Shown: one piece after another, positions 1-10,700 of the stretch
How the letters are laid out: each line of letters starts with the position of its first letter
Numbering within the stretch: position 1 is the first letter of the stretch
Assembly (NCBI GenBank): GCA_000004985.1
Contig: GG738847.1
Source of the DNA: Naegleria gruberi
Lineage: Eukaryota
Direction: 5' to 3' (one strand)
Length of the DNA: 64,000 bases
The notes under the pieces: model-generated
The model's input: only the letters and a program-made list of their open reading frames with translations
Told to the model about the DNA's origin: nothing
Databases searched by the model: none
Program-made: the position numbers and the translations under genes

Positions 1-5
1 CTTAT

Positions 6-248
6 ATGTTTAAGGAAAAATTTAAAGAATTATTACAAGCTGATGAAAGCCAGTTATTGAATATGCTAGTTTTTCAAAAATGGGCAAACAAATATGTTAA
101 AGTTGAAAGTATCTTAAATGAGGCAAGTTCTAAGGTTAAACAATATGCCAAAAAAGAACAAGAATTACTTGGCAATAATGATAAAACTATCCACAAGTTC
201 GTTGTCATTCAAGTTGGTTGGCCTCTTATTGTGAGGAAAGTAAATTAA
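6..248 (+). CDS. C-terminal fragment of an unknown protein (gene begins left of the window); tandem paralog of the next ORF
   Basis: ORF ends ...KTIHKFVVIQVGWPLIVRKVN*. The ORF at 354..686 ends in a near-identical tail (...KSIHKYAVIQVGWPLIVRKLN*). I cannot assign a family. Confidence 0.35.
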   Translation: MFKEKFKELLQADESQLLNMLVFQKWANKYVKVESILNEASSKVKQYAKKEQELLGNNDKTIHKFVVIQVGWPLIVRKVN

Positions 249-353
249 ACATTTCATAAAATAAAATGTTAAGAATGGAACTGGGTTTGATGAGAAGTTT
301 TTTGTTGATCATTTGTAAAATATTAAAAGGAATACATCAAACGTGCTGATCTT

Positions 354-686
354 GTGATAAGAACTTCTAAAAAAGTATTAATAATTGAATTCAAACGTAT
401 TAGACCAAATTCTTTAACAAAATATTCCAATATTGAATATTGGAATCCGCAAATTTTTAAAAATATATTTAAAGATTTATCTAAACAAACTGATGAAGAA
501 TTATTAGAAATGGAAGTACTTACTCATGCCAAAGAGAAAGTTGTAGCCAGATCAATTTTGAATTCTGCAATTTCTCAAGTCAAACAATATGCTCAATATG
601 AAAATGATGCTGACAAATCAAAAAGCATTCATAAGTATGCAGTGATACAAGTTGGTTGGCCCTTAATTGTAAGAAAATTGAATTAA
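354..686 (+). CDS. Paralog of the preceding module, unknown function; true 5' end is probably in an upstream exon
   Basis: The 110-aa ORF shares its last ~45 aa with the 6..248 ORF (SILN.A.S.VKQYA...IHK..VIQVGWPLIVRK.N). The ORF-track start is GTG, not ATG, so upstream exons are likely. Confidence 0.4.
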   Translation: MIRTSKKVLIIEFKRIRPNSLTKYSNIEYWNPQIFKNIFKDLSKQTDEELLEMEVLTHAKEKVVARSILNSAISQVKQYAQYENDADKSKSIHKYAVIQVGWPLIVRKLN

Positions 687-1319
687 AATGTTTGCTGCAA
701 CTAAAAGAACTTTCTACAGTTGCTCTCTTTATCACTAAATAAAAAGTTGAATGATGTATAGACAACTTTCGTGTAAAAACTTGTTCTCCAGACATGCTCA
801 TCTCCTAAATGAAAAGATAAAAATCTTTGAACAAAGTGCGCCAGGTTTCGAGATGAAAAAGTTGTCAATATTTCACTATTCTGTTATCTCTAATGATGGC
901 AGGTTTTGGGATAACAATTTCAAGGATTAGGAAATTGAGTGTTTGCATAGAATCACAATACATCAACAAGCAATACATGAACCAACGCTTAATATTATAA
1001 GGTAATATAGAATGATGTTCACGTATACAAGTCAAACACATCCCTCAGCAACTGTCAAATGTCATGCTTTGGGACTCGCAATATTAATGTGTAGTTTTTG
1101 GCGAGGATCATCTCTTGATGGAATAACAAATAAGAGATTATCTCAAGATAAAATATATTATTTGGATTCTCAAATCTAAGTGTCTGTATTTATTTTTTAT
1201 TTTATATTGAATGTTGGTAAAATCTCCCGAAAACCCAAGTATTGACATCCATTGACTGCTTAGTTTTCAGCCAAAACTTGCTTTGGTTTCAAGCCGATAA
1301 AATCCCACTAAAAGTACTA

Positions 1320-2106
1320 GGGCAAAATAATTTAATTCCGATCACATTCAAATTCCGATCATTGGTGTAGAAATAAATTGTTGATTTATTTGAAATGTCA
1401 TTGGGAAGTCATGGCTCTTTCTCTCCACAATCAATACATAAGATGTTGGTAATCTCTTTTCCATTGATTGTTTCTGTTGATGGCATTGTACATGTTTTGG
1501 AATGGCATAATTTTTTACAAGTAGAGCATGTCATTATCGTCTTTAAATTTACATCCATAGTAGCAGCATATATTTTGTGATGATGATGCACTTGGAGAGG
1601 AGGTTGGATTTCTATCCATAGTATATCCACTAACAATATTATGATGGGTTAGAATTTTCATATGCTTCATGTAATATCTTTGTAAAGTCTTTTTTGGATT
1701 ATTTTCACTCCTTTAATTCATCCTCTTCCTCTTTAGTAAAGTAGGTCTTTCTACCAGCATGTGAATTAATTGATGATCTTCCATTTACTAGATCATTAAA
1801 AGTTGTATATGGAATGTCGAATTTTTTGGCTACGCTTCTGATGGAGGCACCATTTGTGGTATTTTAATATTCTAATGCTTTATCTCTCTTCTCCTCCTCC
1901 TCCTGTTGCTGTTGTTCATGTTCCTGCTTTTTTGTTAATTTCTTCTTAATCATGATGATGAAGGTGATCGGAATTATATTTTTTTCATATTAAAAATGGT
2001 TGTAAACTTTGGTAATTTTGTTGTACATAAAAACTTTGAAAGTTTACTATTAAAATTGTTCAAGATGATCGAAAATCGAGGTGATCGGAATTGAAATATT
2101 TTGCCC
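1320..2106. mobile_element. Degenerate non-autonomous TIR DNA transposon (Tc1/mariner-pogo-like), about 787 bp, flanked by TA
   Basis: Left end 1320..1346 is gggcaaaataatttaattccgatcac. Right end 2081..2106 is gtgatcggaattgaaatattttgccc, which is its near-perfect reverse complement. A further subterminal copy of ggtgatcggaatt lies at ~1969. Both ends abut the dinucleotide TA (1318-1319 and 2107-2108). The interior holds a transposase HTH remnant. Confidence 0.6.
1706..1953 (-). pseudogene. Transposase N-terminal HTH (psq/CENP-B-like, pogo/Tc5-type) remnant with an in-frame stop
   Basis: Minus-strand translation reads MIKKKLTKKQEHEQQQQEEEEKRDKALEY*NTTNGASIRSVAKKFDIPYTTFNDLVNGRSSINSHAGRKTYFTKEEEDELKE*. 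The GASIRSVAKKF.IPYTTFNDLVNGR...GRKTYFTKEEEDEL pattern is typical of a psq-type HTH in pogo-like transposases. There is an in-frame TAA near 1866. No DDE catalytic domain follows. Confidence 0.5.
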
Positions 2107-2739
2107 TAATGATACATTTTAAATTGTGCAATTTGGAATTTGCTTTGGGTATAGTGTTGAACACATTTTCAAGTTGACTATTGTAAAGTTTAAATGTTTC
2201 GTCTACAGTTTAATTAACGTTGAAAAGAGTTCGTGTGAGTACTTCTGTAAGGCTTGCGTAATGTAAAAAGGGAGATGTTGGAACGAGGTATCAAGTTCCT
2301 TTGAATTAAACTGAACTAAACGAAACATTACAATAATACTATTAAACAATATGTTGAACAACTACAGTTATTGATTGTTTCAAAAAGTGATCACTCAAAA
2401 TTGACTGGTACTATACTGTTAGAGATCATTCTCCAGAATGGCAATACCTCATTGTTTGTGGTGGCAGTTGACATGAGAACCTCGCATTCCCTTCGCCAAT
2501 CATTAGAAAAAAAACACACACATCCCAACGAGCTAGCACACATAAATAGACGCTGCAACTAGTTCACTGACCATCCATCATCAGAATCGCAGCAAATATA
2601 TTCCACATCATCATTTCGTACATAAAATTAAAGTACTTGCCTCGATATAAAGTATTTCTTCATCTCACAACAATTTATACCTTCGAGAGGAATAACATCA
2701 ACAACAACAAACTGACATATTATCATATTATATATTGAC

Positions 2740-3438
2740 ATGATTTTTAAGAGACTTTTTGCATCACCGATTGTATCAGCATCTGCGGAGGATGATATAA
2801 GTACACTTTCATCATCAACTCATCGACTCAATCGAAAGGTACTGAAAATAATGATATTAGGAGATGGTGAAAGTGGAAAAACAAGTATTGCTAAACAACA
2901 AATAGAAACATCAGGATTTACATTTAAACAGCCAAAGAGTGACCAAGAAGTATTGGAAGGTCAAAATTGTTTTGTTATTGTGGATGGAAAGGATGTGACT
3001 GTTAAATTATTGGATTCACCACCAGGAAATGATATTGGTTTAACCATTGAATGTGTTAAAGATTGTGATGGATTTATATTGGTGGTTGATTTGAGTCGTC
3101 CAAAAACGCTACAAGTTTTGAATCGATACAAGGCACTAATGTTAGAAAATTTATCCATGTCAACAATTCCTTGTGTGATTGCTGCTAATAAGTGTGATTT
3201 GGAAAGACAATTATCCATGTCACAGGTTAATGCATTTGCCAAGAACTTTTTCATTGATAGAAGTATTGCTAGTTTTGAATGTAGTGCATTGTCTGGTAGT
3301 GGTATCAATGACATGTTTTCATTCCTTTATAATCTTATCAAGACTTCTCAGAAGGAAGATAAACCAATCATCAAGGCAAAACAAAAACGTGGACTTCTTT
3401 CCTCTTCCTCAGAATCAAATGCTGATGAATGGTTTTAA
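2740..3438 (+). CDS. Ras-superfamily small GTPase, divergent
   Basis: P-loop ILGDGESGKTSI (GxxxxGKT/S) and an NKCDL G4 motif are present. The switch II region is atypical (LLDSPPGND). Single exon of 232 aa. Confidence 0.55.
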   Translation: MIFKRLFASPIVSASAEDDISTLSSSTHRLNRKVLKIMILGDGESGKTSIAKQQIETSGFTFKQPKSDQEVLEGQNCFVIVDGKDVTVKLLDSPPGNDIGLTIECVKDCDGFILVVDLSRPKTLQVLNRYKALMLENLSMSTIPCVIAANKCDLERQLSMSQVNAFAKNFFIDRSIASFECSALSGSGINDMFSFLYNLIKTSQKEDKPIIKAKQKRGLLSSSSESNADEWF

Positions 3439-3537
3439 TAAGGTTAATTATTGACCTTTTTGTTTTATTTAATAATTATATGAGTGAGAGAGATTTGAGA
3501 GCATTTTTGACTGTACAATAGAGGAATGTTGGATTAC

Positions 3538-4211
3538 TTATAAGTTATTGGAAACAACCAATAATCCTGAAAATTTGTCATTAAAATAATCCTTCTTCTT
3601 GTATGAAAGCATCAATTCTTTGAAATCTATAAAGTTTGTAAATGAAAGAAGCATTTCGAAAACATCTCCTGACATATCACCTTCCTCAAAATCTTCCCAA
3701 TCATCGTCATTGCTATCATCTTCAATATCGTTATTCTTCTGTCTGTCCTTCTCTACCTTTTCCAGCACTTTTAAAAAACGATCCATTTCAAAATTATCAA
3801 TCTTTTCTGATAAAGATTGCTCCAGGTATTTTTCGATCATACCTTGATACTCGGTAAATATTGATGTGTATACAAGCTTGTTTTCTTCTCCTTCATCGAA
3901 TTGATTACAGTACTTTTCAGCAAAAGAATCTATCATTTTGGAAAATTGATTCTCTATATTATTAAGAAATAATCAAGCGATATGTTGGATTGGTTGTTAT
4001 TGTATGAACCAAAGAGGATATTTCATCATCATACAAAATATTGTTCGGCATTTTCTTCAGTAAAAAGAATCTCAAAATACCTACCCATCAACGTTTCCTC
4101 GAGAGCCCCTATTATTGAATCAAAATATGCTTGTTCTTCATCTTGTGGTGATGAGGCTAAAAATTCGTCGTCTTCTTGGACGCTTTGGTCGTATTCCTTA
4201 GATTTTGTCAT
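3538..4211 (-). CDS. ARL2BP: ARL2-binding protein (ARL2BP/BART) homolog; 2 exons (4211..4035, 3951..3538) with an ~83-nt intron
   Basis: Exon 1 reads ...EQAYFDSIIGALEETLMGRYFEILFTEENAEQYF. The donor is GTATGA and the acceptor is ...ATATAGAG. Exon 2 reads NQFSKMIDSFAEKYCNQFDEGEENKLVYTSIFTEYQGMIEKYLE...GDVFEMLLSFTNFIDFKELMLSYKKK...FSGLLVVS. This matches my memory of human ARL2BP (FDAVVGYLEDIIMDDEFQ...EENKLIYTPIFNEY...DIFDMLLTFTDFLAFKEMFLDY...SGLVVTS). Confidence 0.7.
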
Positions 4212-4380
4212 TTTTTTTAAACTTGTTTTTGTACAAAATTTGGCGGCAAGACTTCATACACTGTTCCACAAAAGGAATTATTCTAAAATTCACTTCTGTC
4301 TTCATTTCTAGAATAATAGAGCAATAAACTGGAAGAAGGATTTTATCAAAGAAGGATATTTAAAATCTTTTAGAAGAAAA

Positions 4381-4659
4381 ATGTCCAACTCGAAATACAC
4401 TTCCTATATCAATGATAGAGGTGAATTGGTTGAGAAAATCGTAACCACAGAAAACTATGTTGCTACCCGATTGAATGAAAAAGACGATCCAAATACAGCC
4501 TCAAGGGTTCTATCTAAGGAAGAGTGGTTTGATAAGAGTAGAAAGGAGGCACCTTTGGGCGTTTCATCTGGCCATGTTGAACAGAAGGCAAAGGATGAAA
4601 ATGGAGAGCTCATTCTGAATCCTTTTGAATCGTCAAGTAAACGAGATGAGAACCAGTAA
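4381..4659 (+). CDS. Hypothetical small protein (92 aa)
   Basis: Intact ATG ORF in an otherwise unannotated gap. Hydrophilic, with no recognisable motif. Confidence 0.3.
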   Translation: MSNSKYTSYINDRGELVEKIVTTENYVATRLNEKDDPNTASRVLSKEEWFDKSRKEAPLGVSSGHVEQKAKDENGELILNPFESSSKRDENQ

Positions 4660-4707
4660 ACTTATTCTTTGATGATACAATGAGTAGTTGTTTTTATATC
4701 AATGTAA

Positions 4708-4788
4708 GTTGAGGTGGCCGAGTGGTTAAGGCGCCAGCCTGCTAAGTTGGTGGAGTAATCCGCGTGGGTTCGAATCCCATCCTCAACG
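4708..4788 (+). tRNA. tRNA-Ser (anticodon GCU)
   Basis: Acceptor stem GTTGAGG pairs with CCTCAAC. D-arm is GCCGAGTGGTTAAGGCG. Anticodon stem CCAGC/GTTGG carries the loop CTGCTAA (anticodon GCT). There is a long variable arm. T-arm is GTGGGTTCGAATCCCAT with the B-box GGTTCGAATCC. No CCA is encoded. Confidence 0.85.
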
Positions 4789-4793
4789 TTTTG
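4789..4793 (+). terminator. Pol III terminator T-run immediately 3' of the tRNA
   Basis: TTTT(G) follows the discriminator base directly. Confidence 0.45.
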
Positions 4794-5320
4794 CTTGATT
4801 AATTTTTTAATCTTTCTTTATATTCCAGATAATCACCAATTGAGTGATTCTTTCAGTATTTTTTACCAACCATGACTAGTATAACACAATCTTTTAAAAC
4901 TGGAAAAAATCTTTCTTAGCAATTGGACCATTGTTAGAATCCAAAATTCAGAATGGATTGAAATAAAAGTTGTAGTATCAATTTTGTTTCTATCTACAAT
5001 GGAATTGATGTCAACAGGTGCATCATTGTATTGATTTATTCGAACATGGAACCTTAGATTATTCTCTCCAAGCATGGTTGTATTGCCAAATACTATAATA
5101 ACATTACAAGCACGCTCAATTTGTCGGAGATGGATTTTTGAAACCTTATTGAAAGTGCAACCGCTTTAAAACTGCCATTGTGTAAGAGTCGCAATTGACA
5201 AAAACTGCGCGAGACATTTTTTCGAAAGCCGATCACAACACCATCAAAACCCGCCTGAATATTTGCGTCCTCAATTTTGACTCACGCTTGATAGAATCAG
5301 CAATCAACAAGAACAAAAAA

Positions 5321-6348
5321 ATGTCTGAAAGAAAGGGTCACACTAGAATGTACGTTAATAGATTCTTTTTCATTATCTAATTCATTGAATGACCATTGTT
5401 ATGTGCATTATTAAACTGCACTGCCATTATTATTATACCAATAATAACAGGCACAGCGCCACATCATTCATTGATGTTACCAAGGGATATAACCCAAGAA
5501 CATCACTGACGCAAGAACAAAATGAAATTTTAAACGATTTTATCAAGAAAATCGATTATGATAGTTTAACCGATAGAGAACGTAAATATCTTGATGAACC
5601 ATCACTTTTACGTTTCCTCAGAGCAAGAGACTATGATTTAAACAAGGCAGAAAAGTTAATGAACAGCTGTCTTGAATGGAGAAGAACATTTAAACCAGAT
5701 GAAATTACTGCCAAAGAATTGGAAGATGAATCATCATCAGGAAAACTCTTCCAAAGAGGATTTGATAAGAATAATAGACCAATTATATACATGTTCCCTG
5801 CTAGAGAAAATTCTACTGACTATGAAAAGAATATTAAATTATTGGTATATACTATGGAAAGAGCAGTTGATGCAATGCCAGAAGGTGTTGAACAAATGAC
5901 TTGGATCATTGACTTTAACGGCTATACTACAAGAAACGCTCCACCATTTTCTGTTGCCAAACAAACTTTAAGCATTTTGAACGAATGTTACCCAGAAAGA
6001 CTTGGTGCTTGTTTTATGGTTGATACACCTTTCATCTTTAATATTTTCTGGAGAGCAATTTCTCCATTCATTAATCCAGTTACAAAGAATAAGATTCACT
6101 TTGTGAATGGTAAGGAAAGCGAAAAGGCCAAGATTTTTGGAAAACACATTGATCTTGCACAAATTGATACAACTTGGGGTGGTACTTCAACATTTGTCTT
6201 TGAACATTCAGACTTTTGGGGTAACGTCATGGAACTTGATAAGCACAGACTCAAGAGATTGGGCATTACTCAAGATGCTCCTGTTGTAGAAGAGAAAAAG
6301 TTTGAAAATACTAACAATACCGAAGGTGCTAAGGCAATTACCAATTAA
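5321..6348 (+). CDS. Sec14-like CRAL-TRIO lipid-transfer protein; 2 exons (5321..5349, 5451..6348)
   Basis: Exon 1 is ATG TCT GAA AGA AAG GGT CAC ACT AGA AT. The donor is GTACGT and the intron (~101 nt) ends ...ataataacag. Exon 2 restores the codon as AT|G. The CRAL-TRIO N-terminal signature is LLRFLRARDYDLNKAEKLMNSCLEWRRTF. The C-terminal lipid-binding fold region reads ...GVEQMTWIIDFNGYT... Confidence 0.7.
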
Positions 6349-6487
6349 TGTTTGCGAATTGACCAATTTTGTCCCTTAATCTTCCTCCCCTAATGTAAAT
6401 AACCTCACTCTCACTGCAGTGATTATTGCCTCTTTCCTCCACTATCATTTTCCCTCCCACAACAAATACAATTCCATCCAATAAAAA

Positions 6488-7617
6488 ATGGAATTACTTC
6501 AAGACTTGCAAAAACATTTTCAATCTTTGGTGTTTACCATCAATATGCAATACGGTAACATGATCAGTATGAATGAATTCTTTGATGATTGTAAATCTTT
6601 TGCTTCTCTCTTTTCTGATTGTCTAGACTTGTTTGACTGTATCGGAGAAAGAATGATCACTTTAGAGAAGGAGAACTCAACGTACAGGGTAAGTTATTTG
6701 AATCAAGCCTTTGAAAATTTAAATCAAAAAGCAAATCATTTTACAAATGAAACATCTGTACACAGAGGAAGTAACTAGATTGAGGAGTGATTTACAAGAA
6801 ATCAAACAACAGGCAATTCTCTTTCCAAATCTCCATATGGATGAAAGTTTACACTTGTTTCATGTATGGGATTTCACCACAAAGACCTTTGAACATACAT
6901 CAAGAACTCTCCTTAACAATGTAAGTATTATACCAATGCAACTCGTTTACAATACCATTATTTCTTTCAATGTTGAAATCTACTCTTCATAATATTCGGT
7001 AGTCTTGGAAGGCAAATGTAGATTTGACAAACAAGATCAAGCTTTATGAAAAGGACATTGGAAGGTTGAAGAAGGAATTATCGGAAAGCTCAAACACAAG
7101 GAATGATGAAAGGGAAACAATAGAGAGGGAACTAGGAAAGAAATGTAAAGATAATGAGGAAAAGATCACTCAACTCAGGCTGGAGCTTGCTGTCCTTGAG
7201 AATGAAAATCAGACACTCCAAAAATCATCCAAAGCATCCGAACAAGAACTTCAATCCAAAGTGAAGAACCTTCTCCAAATCAACTCATTGAATTCCTTAA
7301 ACATTAACTCCCTCAAACAACAAATAGAAAACACACTTGACTATAGTTGTGTAGAGAGTACATCGAAAGCTTCGAAAGAGGCAATCCTTTTGCAGGAAAT
7401 GATAAAATCTGCAAATGAATTTAGGGAGGAATTTTCTCGCCTCCTTGAAGAGTCTAAGGAAAACACAATGACGTTGGAGAAAAGAGTAGAGCATCTCACC
7501 AGAGAAAATGTAGACCTTCAAGGGTCAGTTAAAAACACATTGAGGTTATACTCGTTACTAGTGAGAGCAAGTAAGGGCTTTTCTTTTGATAACGTAAAAA
7601 CTAATGCCCTTGAGTGA
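6488..7617 (+). CDS. Coiled-coil protein of unknown function; 3 exons (6488..6688, 6768..6920, 7003..7617)
   Basis: GTAAGT donors sit at 6689 and 6921. Acceptors are ...acacagag and ...ttcggtag, with introns of ~80 and ~82 nt. The three ORF-track pieces join in frame. The C-terminal half carries a heptad-rich KE/Q coiled coil. Confidence 0.5.
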
Positions 7618-7748
7618 TGTAATATCATTACACCAACGATACTAAGAATCCAAAATTTAAACGTTGGATTTTGGACTTAGTTACATGTTTGGAACTGTTT
7701 TGGAGATAATTACGGTGCAATTTTTGTAATTTTTAAGATGAGGATTTA

Positions 7749-10700
7749 TTAAACATTGGAAGAACTTCTTTTACAAAGAGAAAATATTTTTCTGGCTTGA
7801 GTAGAGAAGAAGTTGTGAGTGGCAATGACAGCAAGGTTATAGAAACTAGATGGTTTGACACAAACAAGGGACATAAAAGAGATTATTCTGAAAACAAAAC
7901 CAAAAACTACCATCATATAAATACTCATGTAGAATTCATCCCACTCATAGCCCATAATCTTCAAACTCTTAGAAAGGTCATAAATATTCTCGTATCTCTT
8001 CAATTCAATAAGATAAGCATTTTCGTGACTGTAAGTCAAGTAGGAAAGATAAGGTAAAATATTGATAGGGAAATACATAGATTTGAAGGTTGGTAGAGGT
8101 GTTGTAGCACCACTGAAAGTATTGAAAATGAAAACAATAACTACAGCAGTCAATTGAGAAATGTTTGGTTGAATAATAATACTAATAAAATAGCCCAAAC
8201 CATATGAAGTCCAATATACCAACAATAAAACATAATAGTATTCGTATACGGGCGCTCTAGGAGCAACTGTTGTGTAGTAAATTCCAAGGAAAACCATAGG
8301 AGCAAAAATGTTTACAATGAACATTGAAATGTCCTTAGCCCAGAAATAGCAGAAAGTGCTGAGACCAGTTTGACTTTCTCTATAGAAAACAAGATATTCA
8401 TTACCAAAAACTCTGAGTGCTGACATGGCACCCATAAGAGCCATAGCCAATGTCATCAATGAGGATGTTGCATAGATTGGATCTTCAAGAGGTTGAGCAC
8501 AAATTTCTTCTAAACCATTAGGACACATTTCATAGACAGATTTTGGTGGAGGACCAATGTAAACCTTATTATAATAAATTAAACCAAGGAAGGCACCGCA
8601 CAAGAATACTAACGCATAATCGAGTACCAAGCTAGGTAATGTTCTCAATAATTGTGTACAACTTCTCTTGAAACACATCCAGAATTGAGAAAAGTACGGA
8701 ATTCTTGGATTCTTGAATTTGTTAACTCTGGCAGGTGGAGCATTAGTCTTACAGCATGATTTGACTTCAGTTGCTTGGATAGTTCCTTCAAAGGAGGTTG
8801 GTGATTCATTCTCGATTGGTGGCAAATGTTGAGCAATACCAGTTTGATCATCCGCATACTTGACCTTCAATCTATCCCAAATGGCAGGTAAATCAGTAGG
8901 ATGGAATTCTTCACCATCATCTCTTTCCATAAGACCAGCAGATACGTCAATAACAAAGTCAGCCAAGTTAGTGCCAAGAGGTTTAGTAAAACCAATTTCC
9001 TTAAAGTATTCTTCGACTCTATGAACTGACCCCAAGTAAATGGTTCTACCACCCTTACCTAAGAGGAGTAAATTGTCGAACATGTTGAAAATTTCATATC
9101 TAGGCTGGTGAATAACTGTAATAACAGTGATACCACAACTAGAAATTGCTTGAAGAGCTTCACAAACTTCCTTAGAGCTGGCAGAATCCAAACCTGATGT
9201 AGGCTCATCCAAGAACAAAACATATGGAGATGAAACAAGTTCAATACCAACATTAACACGTTTCTTTTGACCTCCAGAAATACCTCTCTTTTCTTGATCT
9301 CCAATAATACTGTGTCTGACATCTTCTAATCTTAAAACTTTGATAACATCATTTACAATGGAATCAATTTGTTTAGATGGAGTATTGGCATCAAGTCTTG
9401 TCTTGGCTGAGAAGAATAAGGTTTCTTCGACAGTCATAGAGCTAATCATAATATCATCTTGTGGAACAAATCCAATCTTACGATTGTATTTTGATAATGG
9501 TTCTTCAACACCATTAACAAATACTTTACCAACTTGAGCACCATAGTAGGCACGATTGGAAAGTGTTGTAATAAATGTACTCTTACCAGCACCACTCAAA
9601 CCCATGACAGCAGTCAATTTACCATGTTTGATTTCACCAGTAACACCATCAAGAACCTTCTTACCAGAACCTCTCAAAACAAGACCTAAATCTTGGAATC
9701 CAATGTCAACAGTAAATTGTTCTTCATGGAAACTACTGCCATAATTTTGTTGTTTTTGAGCTCTGGAAAAGAGGGAAGATGCTTCATGTGGATTTTCCTC
9801 CCTTTGACGAGCACTCATCTTGACATAAAACTTGAATGCAGCTCCATAAGCAAAGTAAAGACATGCCAATAAAACAAGCAAACACAAAACAAGGAGCAAG
9901 CCTCCAATGGTCATTCTATCAGTTGGGCTACCTTCAGGACAAGAAGAAAAGAACCAAGAACATGTAGATGGTTCAATAAAGCCTTGTCTACAGAAATATC
10001 CTTCTGGGCAAATAACTTTGAGACTAGCATTTGGACAATAATAACCTTCTGGGCAAAGAGAATAGGTGAATGAACCTTCAGGACAATATTGGGTCAGTGA
10101 GCACTCCTTAATGGAATTTGGATTTTCACAATAGAAACCAGCTGGGCACAAATCCTTTTCAACAGTACCAGGTGGACAGTAATCCATTGAGTCATTGGTG
10201 AATGAGCATAGAGATGGTTGCAAAATTGATGCATTAACACAATAAGTGTCAGCAGGACAAAGAAGACTGGTCAAGGTTTTGTTTTCAGGAGTCAAAATGA
10301 CCTCTCTTCCCAAGTTACAATAATCTCCCTCCTCGCACAAAGCCAATCCATTGAGAAGTAATGAACCATCTGGTTGGATGGTCTTCTTAACAAAGTGACC
10401 TGGAGAAGCAGGAATAGGAATAAGATAATCAGTTGTACACAAGGTACCATTTGGACATTCATATGCAGAGACTAAATTTTGGCTGTAACATGTTTGATAT
10501 CCATAGTCGGCATCACACTTTTTAGGTGCATCCATAGCAAAATCTGGGCAAACATAACCAAAAGGACATGGAATTCTAATACCAGCAACACAATAACTAC
10601 CCAAAATACAAGGAATTTCTGCAAGAGACCTGTAAACAAAAGTACCTTTTGATGCAGATGGTCTAACTTGATTCTTACTGAAAAATCCACAAACATTTCC

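Noticed and set aside
1866-1868. The in-frame TAA inside the transposase-like HTH could indicate a ciliate-type genetic code in which TAA encodes Gln.
   Set aside because: Well-supported genes in the window (DNMT1, dynein, RPC1, TAF6, Sec14) terminate at TAA exactly where their homologs end. TAA is therefore a stop here, and the HTH ORF is simply decayed.
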